Origin: Spirochaetia bacterium | GTDB lineage: Bacteria > Spirochaetota > Spirochaetia > WTKD01 | Assembly (NCBI GenBank): GCA_965243525.1 | Contig: OZ251568.1 | Location: forward strand, 466,119 to 530,118 | DNA: 64,000 nt | Direction: 5' to 3' | In this document: positions 17,345 through 27,826 of the stretch, piece by piece | Layout of the letters: each line of letters starts with the position of its first letter | How positions within the stretch are numbered: the stretch's first letter is position 1 | Notes under the pieces: generated by a model | Told to the model about the DNA's origin: nothing | Seen by the model: only the letters and a program-made list of their open reading frames with translations | Database searches by the model: none | Made by a program: the position numbers and the translations under genes

Positions 17345-18202
17345 ATGATCATCAATCATAATCTTAGTGCAATGTTTGCACAAAGGTATAGCGGCATCAA
17401 TGATGCAAATTTAACAAGGAACATTGAGCGGTTGTCTTCTGGACTACGTATTACCCGCGCTGCCGACGATGCGTCAGGGCTTGCTGTCTCTGAAAAGATG
17501 CGTGCACAGATACGGGGTCTGTATGCCGCATCAAGAAATGCGTCAGATGGCATTGCGTTTATACAAACAGCTGAAGGGCATCTGCAGGGAACCACTGAGG
17601 CCTTGCAACGAATTCGCGAGCTTTCTATTCAAGCAGCAAATGGCATCTATTCAGCTGAGGATCGCATGCAAATACAAGTTGAGATTTCTCAACTGGTGGA
17701 TGAAGTCGACAGAATTGCTTCTCAAGCACAGTACAATGGAATGAATATTCTTACTGGACGATTTGCCCGTGATGTAGGAACCAATGTGGTTACTGCCAGT
17801 ATGTGGTTTCATATTGGGGCAAATATGGATCAACGGGAACAAGCCTATATTGGAACGATGTCTTCTGCTGCGTTAGGGCTTCGATTTCCAAATAATGATT
17901 TTGTTTCACTTTCTACCCCTGATGGCGCCAACAGAACCATCGGAGTAGTTGATCGAGCCTTAATGATTGTGAATAAGCAACGAGCTGATCTCGGTGCCTA
18001 TCAGAATAGGCTTGAATTAACGGTGCGAGGAACAGATCTCAGCGCTGAGAACCTGCAGGCAGCTGAATCACGTATTCGAGATCTTGATTTTGCTGCAGGA
18101 GTGAGGGAATTCACGAAGAATCAAATTTTGATGCAGTCAAGCACTGCTATGTTGGCTCAGGCAAACCTGAAGAGTCAATCGGTACTCGGTTTGCTCCAAT
18201 AA
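17345..18202 (+). CDS. flaB: Flagellar filament core flagellin FlaB (copy 1).
   Basis: [59 protein letters not shown] is the canonical spirochete FlaB N-terminus. The C-terminus [27 protein letters not shown] is also conserved. RBS AAGGAGGA. Confidence 0.9.
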   Translation: MIINHNLSAMFAQRYSGINDANLTRNIERLSSGLRITRAADDASGLAVSEKMRAQIRGLYAASRNASDGIAFIQTAEGHLQGTTEALQRIRELSIQAANGIYSAEDRMQIQVEISQLVDEVDRIASQAQYNGMNILTGRFARDVGTNVVTASMWFHIGANMDQREQAYIGTMSSAALGLRFPNNDFVSLSTPDGANRTIGVVDRALMIVNKQRADLGAYQNRLELTVRGTDLSAENLQAAESRIRDLDFAAGVREFTKNQILMQSSTAMLAQANLKSQSVLGLLQ

Positions 18203-18256
18203 CGGAGCTGGTGAATACCACGGATCTTTGACATCAACCTCCTTGATGGCCATTGG

Positions 18257-18284
18257 AGGGCAGTTTTAGTTCTGAAATTGCCCT
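18257..18284 (+). terminator. Hairpin between flaB1 and flaB2. Weak terminator/attenuator candidate.
   Basis: aGGGCAgtttt-agttctg-aaatTGCCCt has a stem of about 10 bp with 1 mismatch, followed by ctgtcatggtttt. The U-tract is poor. Confidence 0.3.
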
Positions 18285-18342
18285 CTGTCATGGTTTTAAG
18301 GCGCGTACTTTCTACCATGGTAGTCATTGTGAAGGAGGTCAT

Positions 18343-19182
18343 ATGATAATTAATCATAATGCGAGTGCAGCATTTGCTAGCAGAGAATTACGTTTTCACG
18401 GAGCAAGGAATGCACAAAGTATTGAACGCTTAAGTTCAGGGTTACGTATTAACAGCGCCGGAGACGACGCGTCTGGACTTGCGCTTGCTGAAAAGCTTCA
18501 AACGCAAATTCGAGGGTTACGGCAGGCAGATAGAAATATCCAAAGTGCTATTTCCTTCATTCAGACAACAGAATCGTATCTACAAGGAACTCAAGATTCA
18601 TTACAACGTATTCGTGAGCTTGCTGTTCAATCAGCAAACGGAATCTATTCGTTAGGTGACCGTGCTCAAATTCAAGTTGAGGTATCAATGCTTGTTGATG
18701 AAATCAGTAGGATAGCATCTCAGGCAGAGTTCAACCGATTGAACATGCTTACCGGAAGGTTTGCTCCTGGTGCCCTAGAAATCATGCAGTTTCATATTGG
18801 GGCAAACGAAAACCAAAATGTTCAAGTGCATATCGGTAATATGTCAGCTGAAGGGCTTGGCTTGCGCGGTGAGGCAAACAATACCTCTATTTCAACTGTG
18901 GCGACTGCCAATGAAACAATTGGAATCGTGGATAATGCTCTTGATACTGTCGTCAAGCAACGGGCTGATCTCGGTGCATATCAAAACAGATTTGAGATTG
19001 CACAAAAGAGTATTGCTGTTGCGGCAGAAAACATGCAGGCTGCTGAATCGTATATTCGCGATGTTGATATGGTTGAAGAACTCTCTGAATATGTAAAAAA
19101 TCAGATGCTCACCCAAACAACAACGGCGATGCTCGCACAAGCAAATACACAACCTGAAATTGTGCTGCAATTGTTGGGTTAG
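18343..19182 (+). CDS. flaB: Flagellar filament core flagellin FlaB (copy 2).
   Basis: [59 protein letters not shown]. The start was chosen at the ATG preceded by GAAGGAGG rather than the upstream ORF-track ATG at 18253. Confidence 0.9.
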   Translation: MIINHNASAAFASRELRFHGARNAQSIERLSSGLRINSAGDDASGLALAEKLQTQIRGLRQADRNIQSAISFIQTTESYLQGTQDSLQRIRELAVQSANGIYSLGDRAQIQVEVSMLVDEISRIASQAEFNRLNMLTGRFAPGALEIMQFHIGANENQNVQVHIGNMSAEGLGLRGEANNTSISTVATANETIGIVDNALDTVVKQRADLGAYQNRFEIAQKSIAVAAENMQAAESYIRDVDMVEELSEYVKNQMLTQTTTAMLAQANTQPEIVLQLLG

Positions 19183-19207
19183 GAGATTTCTGGACGATAT
19201 CTCTTTG

Positions 19208-19240
19208 GTGGCAGAGTCGCGCTTCTGTCACTCTTTTTTC
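19208..19240 (+). terminator. Rho-independent terminator after flaB2.
   Basis: gtgGcagaGTCGCGCTtctgTcac forms an 8-bp stem with one G.U pair, followed by tcttttttc. It lies 26 nt after the flaB2 stop. Confidence 0.55.
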
Positions 19241-19269
19241 AGCTTTATGCTGTTAGTTGGCAAAATACC

Positions 19270-19608
19270 ATGATTGATATACACAGTATATTTACAGACT
19301 TATTACACACCTCCCCCAGTTGGAATCGCCGTGAGACCCCCATGCCTCCTCGCGCGCTTCCTGATCCAGGTACTACGTTTACCAAACCCGCTCAGTTACA
19401 AACAGCGATCAAGGATTTGCAAAGCCTTGTGAATGTCTATGACAAAAACCTACGTTTTCATCTGAGCGAAGGCCTTGACCGAGTTATTGTTAAAGTAGTA
19501 AACAATACTACCGAGGAGATAATTAAGGAGATTCCGTCTGAGCTCGTGCAGCAGATGCTTTTGCGTGTGCGAGAAGCATTAGGCGCAATCATTGATTATC
19601 GCGTGTAA
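19270..19608 (+). CDS. flaG: Flagellar protein FlaG.
   Basis: 112 aa, at the position immediately upstream of fliD. The C-terminal pattern ...IKEIPSELVQQMLLRVREALGAIID is FlaG-like. Confidence 0.55.
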   Translation: MIDIHSIFTDLLHTSPSWNRRETPMPPRALPDPGTTFTKPAQLQTAIKDLQSLVNVYDKNLRFHLSEGLDRVIVKVVNNTTEEIIKEIPSELVQQMLLRVREALGAIIDYRV

Positions 19609-19617
19609 CGGAGCACT

Positions 19618-21369
19618 ATGGCCGACATTTTTATTCCTTCTGTTTCTTCAGGAGGAGCAACGGATTCAAACAAACAGATTGAACGTATCATGGAAGTGGA
19701 GCGAATTCCGCTGCAGCGTATGGAAGATGACCGGACACAGCTGCGTACTGAACAGGATACCTGGTCTTCAGTAAAACGAAATCTTTCTTCCTTGCTTGAG
19801 AGCTCTCGCTCAATGTATCAGTTTAACAATCCCTTTTCTGCACGAATCATAGAATCGAGCAATGAGCGCGTTGTTGTTGGAAGAAGTCTCAACAACAGCC
19901 TCCTTGGAACCTATGAAGTCACCGTAGAACAAAAGGCAACTGCTGATCGGTTTGCATCGGATCCCATCGATTCAGATTACGCGGTGTCATCAGGCAATTA
20001 TGGATTTTCTGTTGGTTCAGCGGATATCGAAATCGCATTTGATGGGGGAAGCTTGGAAGAACTTGCTCAGACAATTACCATTAATGGGCAAGGAAAGCTG
20101 ACCGCATCATTGATTCAAGTTACCGATTCACAGTCGGTATTCTTGATTGCATCTCGCGAAACAGGAAAGACAAACACATTGGCATTCCATGGTAGTACAA
20201 AAAAACTCGCCACAGAGATCGGCATTCTGGGCGCAGCACAAACAGAGCCACTTCTTTTTTCTGAATCTTTTGTAACGGCAATTGATGAGCCAGAGTTTCA
20301 GTTAGGACCAGGAGAACAGGCATCCTTTTTTGTGAAAAATAACGTCCACGCTCTTCATATTAAATCCGACGATGCTCTCACAGCAACCATTTCTGGATCG
20401 CAAGAAAATTCTCGTACAGAGCAAGGTAGCACAATCGCCATTGATCGTGATGCCATCGATATGTCAAAAGTGGTTATTGAAAACACTTCGGATGCACCAA
20501 CCACTGTCCAGATCAGCGCATTTTCTCCGTCTCGCCCTACCCCACAGAATCCGATTACACAAGCACAAAACGCAATTGTAACGATTGAAGGAATTACCGT
20601 TGAACGACCAACCAATGATTTTGATGAAATCCTTCCAGGGGTAAGCTTGGAGGTTCGTTCACCAAGCGATACTCCAGTTGAGCTCATTGTAAGCCCTGAT
20701 ATCGAATTGGCAAAACAGGAAGTTATCCGATTGGTTGGGAACTACAATGTGACATTACAACAGGTCAACATCCTCACTCGTGATGATCCAACGGTTGTTG
20801 ATGATATCGCTTTTGCAACTGAAGAAGAACGTAACGCTGCATTGGAAGAACTAGGCACACTTCGGGGGGACACCCTGCTCACGCGGTTGCGATCGCGACT
20901 AGTGAGTGCAGTATCAAACATGATCCGTGTAGGGGGTTCGGTCTCTTTTTTGAGTGAAATTGGAATTTCAACAAATCAACACTCCGTGGGAACGCTGAAC
21001 TCAACTTCTTTGAATGGCTATCTTGAAATCAATGAATCATCGCTTGATGCGGCATTGTCCAATTCTTTTGAACATGTTTCAAAATTATTTGGAAACGACA
21101 GTGATGGAAATCAAATTATTGATAATGGATTTGCGTTTAGTGTTTCAGAAGCAATTGAGCAATACACGCAGAGTGGCGGCATTATCGATGTGCGAACACA
21201 GCGAATCTCAAATCAAATACGCGAAGCTGATACCCAAATAGAACGATATTCTGATAAACTAGAAGACAAGGAAGCTGAGTTACGACGTCAATTTGCGGTG
21301 ATGGAGCAGCAAGTGCAATCATTACAGGACAACACCCGAGCATTAGATGGGTTTCTCAGGCGAGAATGA
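19618..21369 (+). CDS. fliD: Flagellar filament capping protein FliD (hook-associated protein 2).
   Basis: N-terminal SSGGATDSNKQIERIMEVERIPLQRMEDDRTQLRTEQDTWSSVKRNLSSLLESSRSMYQ and C-terminal ...RISNQIREADTQIERYSDKLEDKEAELRRQFAVMEQQVQSLQ are the FliD N- and C-terminal coiled coils. 583 aa. Confidence 0.85.
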   Translation: MADIFIPSVSSGGATDSNKQIERIMEVERIPLQRMEDDRTQLRTEQDTWSSVKRNLSSLLESSRSMYQFNNPFSARIIESSNERVVVGRSLNNSLLGTYEVTVEQKATADRFASDPIDSDYAVSSGNYGFSVGSADIEIAFDGGSLEELAQTITINGQGKLTASLIQVTDSQSVFLIASRETGKTNTLAFHGSTKKLATEIGILGAAQTEPLLFSESFVTAIDEPEFQLGPGEQASFFVKNNVHALHIKSDDALTATISGSQENSRTEQGSTIAIDRDAIDMSKVVIENTSDAPTTVQISAFSPSRPTPQNPITQAQNAIVTIEGITVERPTNDFDEILPGVSLEVRSPSDTPVELIVSPDIELAKQEVIRLVGNYNVTLQQVNILTRDDPTVVDDIAFATEEERNAALEELGTLRGDTLLTRLRSRLVSAVSNMIRVGGSVSFLSEIGISTNQHSVGTLNSTSLNGYLEINESSLDAALSNSFEHVSKLFGNDSDGNQIIDNGFAFSVSEAIEQYTQSGGIIDVRTQRISNQIREADTQIERYSDKLEDKEAELRRQFAVMEQQVQSLQDNTRALDGFLRRE

Positions 21370-21404
21370 TTATAATTCAATAGAATGGATACGCCACAAC
21401 AAAT

Positions 21405-22229
21405 ATGACATTAATAATTGATGAAACACCGGTTACGTTTACACTTGAAAATGAAAAAACCATAGATGAAGTTGTTCAGGCCATTAATGGACACGTTAAA
21501 CAATATTATTCCTATGTAAAATCAATAGAGATCGATGGAGAACATTATAGCACCGACACACAGGCGGCCCCTGCTCTTGATGCAATCGACACCTTGCAGG
21601 TATACACTGCACATATACACGAACTCTATCTTGCAAAGCTGGAACTCCTCCACGAGGTGCTCCACGAATGCATTCAGAACAATGATGGAAATACCTTGAC
21701 CCGACTCGGCATCGACGTAGAAGAAATTCAATCGATTGCCATAACGGTATTACCTCAAGAAGATACTGATGCAATTTGTGCAGAACTCACCAAGAGCGGA
21801 AATTCGCAGATTCAAGATTCTCTGTTGAAAAAAATAGAATATCGCATCCAATGCCTCCGTGATCCTTTGACATCGTGCAAAAAAACATTAAAAATCCTCA
21901 CGCAAGTGTTTGAGCAGATGCAAGATAACCCCACCCAATTGCAGACAGGTGATACCCAACCGGTTATAGCCCACTTGATTACGTTTAGCGAGTTGCTGCA
22001 AGATATTATCCGGTCCTACCTTCTGTGCACTCATCGATTTCTTTCGCTTCCTGCAATTGATTTCGCTCCGTTGCAAAATCAACTCAATGAATTAAAACAG
22101 ACCCTAACCGAAGAAACACTTGATACTGTTATGCTTGCAGATCTCATTGAATATGAATTAATTCCTATAGGAAGGGAATGGATTGAAAAAACTACCAAGA
22201 ATCTCACTGCAATAGATTCTGCTTCATGA
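21405..22229 (+). CDS. Hypothetical protein occupying the post-fliD position where fliS is usually found. It is not FliS-like.
   Basis: 274 aa, acidic, no TM segment and no recognisable motifs. It ends with a 4-nt overlap into tsaE. Confidence 0.35.
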   Translation: MTLIIDETPVTFTLENEKTIDEVVQAINGHVKQYYSYVKSIEIDGEHYSTDTQAAPALDAIDTLQVYTAHIHELYLAKLELLHEVLHECIQNNDGNTLTRLGIDVEEIQSIAITVLPQEDTDAICAELTKSGNSQIQDSLLKKIEYRIQCLRDPLTSCKKTLKILTQVFEQMQDNPTQLQTGDTQPVIAHLITFSELLQDIIRSYLLCTHRFLSLPAIDFAPLQNQLNELKQTLTEETLDTVMLADLIEYELIPIGREWIEKTTKNLTAIDSAS

Positions 22230-22672
22230 CCACTCAGGAATTTGTTTCCACCTCAGAAGAAGACACCCACGCAATCGCTGCCAATATCACAAAAACATGC
22301 GGTCCAGACACCGTTTTCCTCCTTGAAGGAGCCTTAGGAAGTGGGAAGACTGCCTTTTTTCGCGGGATCGCAAAGCACTGCGGCGTGCAAGGCGGTATTC
22401 AGAGTCCAAGTTTTCAAGTTGTGCAAGAATATCCATCTGCACACCCTCCCCTCGTACACATCGATGCATACCGGTTGCAGAACAAATCCTCAGATCATGC
22501 CAGCATCCAAGATATCAAGGAATACCTGGTGCGATATCCACAAGCAGTGATCGCTGTTGAATGGGCTTCTTACCTGGTGAATCACATATCATTTGATGAA
22601 TTTCACTGTATCAGGTGTACGTTTGTCTATAAGGATGAAGAAAGCCGGATCATCACCATCGAAACACCATGA
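22226..22672 (+). CDS. tsaE: tRNA threonylcarbamoyladenosine biosynthesis ATPase TsaE.
   Basis: Walker A LEGALGSGKTAFFRGIAK and HIDAYRL are typical TsaE/YjeE motifs. Confidence 0.8.
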   Translation: MTTQEFVSTSEEDTHAIAANITKTCGPDTVFLLEGALGSGKTAFFRGIAKHCGVQGGIQSPSFQVVQEYPSAHPPLVHIDAYRLQNKSSDHASIQDIKEYLVRYPQAVIAVEWASYLVNHISFDEFHCIRCTFVYKDEESRIITIETP

Positions 22673-23382
22673 ATATCCGCTTGCTCTCAATAGACACCTC
22701 AACCTCCACTGCTTCTTTTTGCATCGCAGAACATTCAGATGCAAGCACAGAGTGCATTGCCCAGTCTGAATTTCCTCATACTCTCCACCACGAAAAAGTA
22801 TTGTTCTCAGCATTCAACGATCTGTGTGAATCGATTGCTATCTCGCCTAAGGAAATTGACGCAATTGTATGGGGGTCAGGCCCGGGAAGTTTTACTGGGT
22901 TGAGAATCAGTCTTGCATTTGCAAAAGCATATTCTGTAACGATGCAAATTCCCATTATCGGCGCCTCGCTGTTCAACTACGTTTCCAACACTGCTGCTAT
23001 TACTGCGATGCTTGCACCATGCACCAGAAAGACATATTTCTTTTCGCTACGTACAAAAGATGTGCTCATACAGCCGCTCGATACATATTCAAAAGAAGAG
23101 ATTCTTGCGCTGCTTCAAAAAAATTGTTCTGCGCATTCTTCGCTTGCACTGATTGGCGCTGTAGATAACGATGATATTTATACCCATTGTGAAGGAATCG
23201 TAGCAAGGCTCGACCACGTTCCAATCGCATCCAACCTCTGTCCTGAAGGGATAAAAAAATATCAAAACAAAGATTTTCTCTCGTTAGATACGATTCCCTC
23301 CTATGGACAAGATCCGCAAACAGACCTCAAAGGGGTGAAAAATCGCCCCCAGTTTGACTCGAATGCTAAAATCGATTCTTGA
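22669..23382 (+). CDS. tsaB: tRNA t6A biosynthesis protein TsaB (YeaZ).
   Basis: LSIDTSTSTASFCI...IDAIVWGSGPGSFTGLRISLAFAKA is the inactive Kae1/TsaD-paralogue signature. Confidence 0.8.
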   Translation: MNIRLLSIDTSTSTASFCIAEHSDASTECIAQSEFPHTLHHEKVLFSAFNDLCESIAISPKEIDAIVWGSGPGSFTGLRISLAFAKAYSVTMQIPIIGASLFNYVSNTAAITAMLAPCTRKTYFFSLRTKDVLIQPLDTYSKEEILALLQKNCSAHSSLALIGAVDNDDIYTHCEGIVARLDHVPIASNLCPEGIKKYQNKDFLSLDTIPSYGQDPQTDLKGVKNRPQFDSNAKIDS

Positions 23383-23455
23383 TAATGCGGGGATGGATAC
23401 TAAGAAATACCTTTGCAGCAACAATAGAAAGAAAAAGCATCTTAAAAGGATCTGT

Positions 23456-23713
23456 CTATTCTTTATCTTGCGACATTGGAGTGAAGTTAATATCATCTAA
23501 GACAGTTTTCTGCTTTTCAGCAGATGTATCCGCCTGTGCTGCTGCAATATTTTGGGATAAGACCTCTTTAAAGACCTCTTCACGATAGATATCAACTGAT
23601 CTTGGGGCTTCGATACCAATGCTTACTTGTTCACCTCGAACCTCAAGAACAATAACTCTAATATCATTCCCAATACGTATCGATTGATCTTTTCTCCTGC
23701 TAAGTACGAGCAT
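23456..23713 (-). CDS. csrA: Carbon storage regulator CsrA.
   Basis: MLVLSRRKDQSIRIGNDIRVIVLEVRGEQVSIGIEAPRSVDIYREEVF. Confidence 0.9.
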   Translation of the reverse strand: MLVLSRRKDQSIRIGNDIRVIVLEVRGEQVSIGIEAPRSVDIYREEVFKEVLSQNIAAAQADTSAEKQKTVLDDINFTPMSQDKE

Positions 23714-24152
23714 GGGAGACCTGCGTCTCTACTCTGTCTTTTAGGAAATAATGCTTGGTGTTCCAGTTTCCCAACGCAATCGATTGGCGCCCAAGCTTTG
23801 TTTCTTTGTTAATCAATATTGGCCCAAGCAGATTGCAACTAATCTCTTCCTTGCTTTCTGGAATCGTGATTATTGAAAACACGAGCAATTTTTCAACATC
23901 GGTGCATTGAATATCTTCAAGATCAGTGTCGTTAACCTCAAGCTCATACGTAGGGTATATGAGATAGGGATTGATAACGAAAAAAGAAATATTAATATCA
24001 TCCAGGCTCTGTAAGATATAGAAATGGGGGACATCAGAATCGATTAATGAAAAACTTCGGAGATGTTCGAATCCTATAATACCAAGGGGAAACTCTATGC
24101 ACTGGTCTTGTGCAACTTCAATAGTACCGTATTGTTTTGTTTGAATTGTCAT
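23700..24152 (-). CDS. fliW: Flagellar assembly factor FliW.
   Basis: 150 aa: MTIQTKQYGTIEVAQDQCIEFPLGIIGFEHLRSF.LID...PHFYILQS is the FliW N-terminal pattern. It lies immediately upstream of csrA and overlaps it. Confidence 0.8.
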   Translation of the reverse strand: MTIQTKQYGTIEVAQDQCIEFPLGIIGFEHLRSFSLIDSDVPHFYILQSLDDINISFFVINPYLIYPTYELEVNDTDLEDIQCTDVEKLLVFSIITIPESKEEISCNLLGPILINKETKLGRQSIALGNWNTKHYFLKDRVETQVSHART

Positions 24153-24154
24153 TA

Positions 24155-25396
24155 TTACCTCAAATAATCTAAAAGACTTGTTTGTAACACCTTTGCAGAA
24201 ACCGACAAAGCGGCTTCGTGCGAATACTTTAACATGTTCAGTTCTGTGACTGCCTGCGCATAATCAACACCAACTGCTTGTGAATCGAGTTCGTTCATGC
24301 GCAAGGCATCAGTTGATAATTGTTTATACACAAGGTCAAGACGTTCATCTAACGATCCGTGATGCGCAACTGTTTGAACCAGCGTATTTAATGATTCATC
24401 AAGATTCGCAATCACGCGTGTTCCGATATCAGTTGCATTATTGCTCATCAAGGCATCTTGAAACATGACCAAGATGTCAAATATTGATCCCTTTGAATAG
24501 AGCGCATTTGGATGGTGGTTATAGGGAGCTCTTGCTCCAGTAATGAGGCCAATATCTTGTAATACCGCCCCCTCCCCTATATCTTCCATCCATAATTGTT
24601 GTGGGGTGGTTGTTTCGAGGGTGATTCCTCCATCCACCTCATTCAAGTTTGCACGCACCGGTATAGGTGCATTGTTTATTTTTTGAATAATAGCAGGAAG
24701 CGTATCTCCCTGACTCAATTCGATGATTTCACCCTGAATTGAAATGGATGAACTTTGCGTGATAGTATAGTTTTCTGCGTTTGTAGTGGATATTATCTTG
24801 TCGTTTTTTCCCCAAAAAATTTCACTGCCTATGGCATTGCGGGTGACATAGCTGTTCTCTTGGATTTCAATCGCTTGCAATGAGATATTTCCAATATATT
24901 CAACACCAATAATCTGCGATCCCTGTCCTGCAATATTGCTCCCGAACATGCCACGAAATGGCATTTGATCAGTCTTTGTTCCTGAAAAAAGATAGTTTCC
25001 ATCGCCATCCTTTTTGTTTGCCGTATCAATTAATTCTTTTAGGTGTTGATTGATCTGCTCTATTGCAGCTTCACGGTCTTCTTCGGTATAGACGCCATTT
25101 GAAAAACGCACAGCAAGCTCCCGGGTATTCTGCAACAAAGTGATACTGTGTCGAATGTATCCCTCTGCAAGCTGTGTTTGTCCCTTTACTGCTTCGACGT
25201 TTCGTGAAAAACGTTCTATACGTATCTGAATCGATTGATAACGTACCGCATGAGACGCTGCCAACGGCTCATCTCGCAAATTGGTAATCCTATTTTGACT
25301 GGCAATTTGCTTTTCGGCAGTAAGTAATGCACGTTCTCGTTTTCTCATGTAAAACTGTGCATCATCGTTTGCTAAATTTGTGCTAACACGGTCCAT
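24155..25396 (-). CDS. flgL: Flagellar hook-associated protein 3 FlgL.
   Basis: N-terminal MDRVSTNLANDDAQFYMRKRERALLTAEKQIASQNRI (flagellin_N-like) and conserved C-terminal LQTSLLDYLR. 413 aa. Confidence 0.75.
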   Translation of the reverse strand: MDRVSTNLANDDAQFYMRKRERALLTAEKQIASQNRITNLRDEPLAASHAVRYQSIQIRIERFSRNVEAVKGQTQLAEGYIRHSITLLQNTRELAVRFSNGVYTEEDREAAIEQINQHLKELIDTANKKDGDGNYLFSGTKTDQMPFRGMFGSNIAGQGSQIIGVEYIGNISLQAIEIQENSYVTRNAIGSEIFWGKNDKIISTTNAENYTITQSSSISIQGEIIELSQGDTLPAIIQKINNAPIPVRANLNEVDGGITLETTTPQQLWMEDIGEGAVLQDIGLITGARAPYNHHPNALYSKGSIFDILVMFQDALMSNNATDIGTRVIANLDESLNTLVQTVAHHGSLDERLDLVYKQLSTDALRMNELDSQAVGVDYAQAVTELNMLKYSHEAALSVSAKVLQTSLLDYLR

Positions 25397-25399
25397 ATA

Positions 25400-27274
25400 T
25401 TACCCCATTCTATTGATGATTGTGTCTATCAATTCATCATAATTTGTAATAAATCGCGCGAGTGCTTGATACCCTTGTTGAAACTTCAACATCTCCGCAA
25501 TCTCCTCATCAAGATTGACGCCACTGATTGATTGGCGAGTATCTTCCATGTTTTTTTGTATCGCCTCACGTGTTGCAAAACTAATCGCTGATTCCTCCCC
25601 CAGCAATCCTATCTGTGCAGTAACATCTGCAAAATAATCATCAAAATTACGTGCGTTGTTGCCCAATATAACTGATTTGGTGCGAATACCGGCAACCTCT
25701 AATGCAACACTGCCATCGCCTCGCGATTGATCACCGTTTGCTTGCACCGTTCCGGCAGCAATACTCGCGACATCTGCACGTATTATCTCACTAATCTCCA
25801 CCCATGCAGCAGGATTATCCAATGGAGCAACCTGTGTTCGTGCATTTTCTCTCAAAACAAGATTTGCATCCGCCTGATCCCAACGATAGGTGCCTGCATC
25901 ACCACTTTGATTGAGAATTCCTGCATATCCTACCAAAAACTGACCAGAGTCGCTGATGTGTCGAATGACGAAATCAGGGTTTTCAATCAGAGCTGATGGC
26001 CTTCCGCGCAGTTCAAGCCTCCCCATTCTATCGATGCGTGCAATGATGTCCGCCTCGCTGTGGTTGATACGTTTCACCACATCCTCAACAGTATCTGTCT
26101 CTGCATAGGGAATACTCACCAATCCCCGCGCACCCTCAAACACCATTTCTCCTGCAATCCCCAATTGTTCAACTGGATCAAGACTATTGTCACCAACAAT
26201 CTGAAACAATCGTGTCTGATCAAAAATTCCATCCCCATTGCTGTCATAATTTCCTTGCGCATTGAGTACCGATTGGTATACCGAAAAGAAATCGAGGCCA
26301 GTTCGTCCATTTAATCCAAACCCATCATTGTGCACCTCGTTCACCAATGCCATCAATGTCAATGTGCTATCGTTCAAAGACTGCATCTCTCTGCGCAAAT
26401 CACCGTCGCGAAGCACCAGCAGCGATTCCAGGCTTCCTCCAAACAGTGTTACCTGTTCTTCGCTATCCTTCCAATACACATCACTGAATCCTCCATTATC
26501 TGGGTTGCCAACAACTTCAAATTCCTTGAAGATACTCCCCTGTACGATGCGAATTCCCCCCATATAGACACTGAACTCATCCTCATCCTTGTTCTTCACT
26601 TCGATGGCAACGAGCTTTGAAAGGTTCTGAACTGCCAAATCCCGTTTGTCATAGAGATCGTTTGGAAGATCCCCTTCTGCTTCAACTTGCACAATTTCTT
26701 TGTTCAATATTGCAATTTCGCGCATATACTCATTTGCCTGCTGCACCCTTCCCTGGATGTCGTCTTCAAGAACATAACGAATATCATTGAGCCCCTTTGC
26801 TCGAGTATGAATAGCATCAGTGAGCGCCAAACCGCGTTGTAGCACCGCATGACGTGCGGAGAGTTGCTCCGGGTATATGGAAAGCTCCTGCCATGCAGCC
26901 CAAAATTTATCCAAAACCGTTCGAACAGATTGATCACTTGGTTCGTTATAGAGCTGTTCTAACTGCAACAGATAATTGCTTCTCGTTTCCCAATACGATT
27001 TTTCACTTTGATTGCTGATAATACGCGCTTCAAGCAATTCATCGCGGATTCTTCTCACCAGCGTGGACTCAACCCCCTGACCAATTTGCCCTGGTCGCTC
27101 GGCACGGTTGAGGTGTGGCTTATACAAAGGATGAAAAGCAGTAACCTCGACTCGCTGTCGTGAATACCCCTCAGTAGACATATTTGCAATATTATGTCCC
27201 ACCGTTCCCATACGCTGCGTATGCACAAACAAGCCGCGTTTTGCCATCTCTATGCCAGAAAAAGAATTATTCAT
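25400..27274 (-). CDS. flgK: Flagellar hook-associated protein 1 FlgK.
   Basis: MNNSFSGIEMAKRGLFVHTQRMGTVGHNIANMSTEGYSRQRV at the N-terminus and a rod/hook-type C-terminus LIDTIINRMG. 624 aa. Confidence 0.85.
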   Translation of the reverse strand: MNNSFSGIEMAKRGLFVHTQRMGTVGHNIANMSTEGYSRQRVEVTAFHPLYKPHLNRAERPGQIGQGVESTLVRRIRDELLEARIISNQSEKSYWETRSNYLLQLEQLYNEPSDQSVRTVLDKFWAAWQELSIYPEQLSARHAVLQRGLALTDAIHTRAKGLNDIRYVLEDDIQGRVQQANEYMREIAILNKEIVQVEAEGDLPNDLYDKRDLAVQNLSKLVAIEVKNKDEDEFSVYMGGIRIVQGSIFKEFEVVGNPDNGGFSDVYWKDSEEQVTLFGGSLESLLVLRDGDLRREMQSLNDSTLTLMALVNEVHNDGFGLNGRTGLDFFSVYQSVLNAQGNYDSNGDGIFDQTRLFQIVGDNSLDPVEQLGIAGEMVFEGARGLVSIPYAETDTVEDVVKRINHSEADIIARIDRMGRLELRGRPSALIENPDFVIRHISDSGQFLVGYAGILNQSGDAGTYRWDQADANLVLRENARTQVAPLDNPAAWVEISEIIRADVASIAAGTVQANGDQSRGDGSVALEVAGIRTKSVILGNNARNFDDYFADVTAQIGLLGEESAISFATREAIQKNMEDTRQSISGVNLDEEIAEMLKFQQGYQALARFITNYDELIDTIINRMG

Positions 27275-27780
27275 TAGGTACTCCAGTCACACAGCAACCC
27301 TGCGTGTACATGATCATCTTTGTTGCCATTTCTGGTGTATTGATAATCGTGGCTTTTCGGAAAAAACTCATCAAGCAATTCTCTCTTCCTGCTCTCGCAT
27401 TCCTGCAAATAGCGTACGAGGATGTTTAGCTGTGAACGAAACTGCAAGGTGGATATCTTCAAAGTTCGATACAACACATCAAGTTCTTCCCACAATTGCA
27501 TATCAATAGAGGATTGCAGATCTTTAAAATCGCCTATTTCATCGAGGCCATATTCTCTGCGTATGCTTCTATAGATAGAATCGCGCTTGTCTTCTATCGA
27601 TGATATCCGTTCAGCCACTATCATAATCGACTGAATACGCTGCTCAAGGGTATCACTGCTCAGTTCATGAACATCTTTCTGCACTGCATGCATCATGTGT
27701 GTGAGTTCATTAATAATAGTACATTCATTTGAGATAATGTCTTTATATATTCTGAACTGTGTGTCATCTTTCCTATCCAT
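27274..27780 (-). CDS. flgN: FlgN-like flagellar export chaperone.
   Basis: 168-aa helical protein, first gene of the flgK operon, with a 1-nt overlap with the flgK start. Weak FlgN-like heptad pattern. Confidence 0.45.
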   Translation of the reverse strand: MDRKDDTQFRIYKDIISNECTIINELTHMMHAVQKDVHELSSDTLEQRIQSIMIVAERISSIEDKRDSIYRSIRREYGLDEIGDFKDLQSSIDMQLWEELDVLYRTLKISTLQFRSQLNILVRYLQECESRKRELLDEFFPKSHDYQYTRNGNKDDHVHAGLLCDWST

Positions 27781-27799
27781 AGAAAACTCTCCATTTGCA

Positions 27800-27826
27800 A
27801 TATCGGTACCCCAAAAATAATTGTTA
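27800..27826 (-). promoter_or_regulatory. Sigma-28 promoter for flgN-flgK-flgL-fliW-csrA.
   Basis: On the minus strand: TAAC-N15(aattatttttggggt)-ACCGATAT. The -10 lies 19 nt upstream of the flgN ATG, with SD GGAGAG in between. It overlaps an 8-bp inverted repeat ccaaaaat...atttttgg. Confidence 0.45.

Noticed and set aside
18253-18342. ORF-track start for flaB2 at 18253 (N-terminal [14 protein letters not shown]...).
   Set aside because: The internal ATG at 18343 is preceded by GAAGGAGG and gives the canonical MIINHN flagellin N-terminus. The upstream extension crosses an intergenic hairpin.
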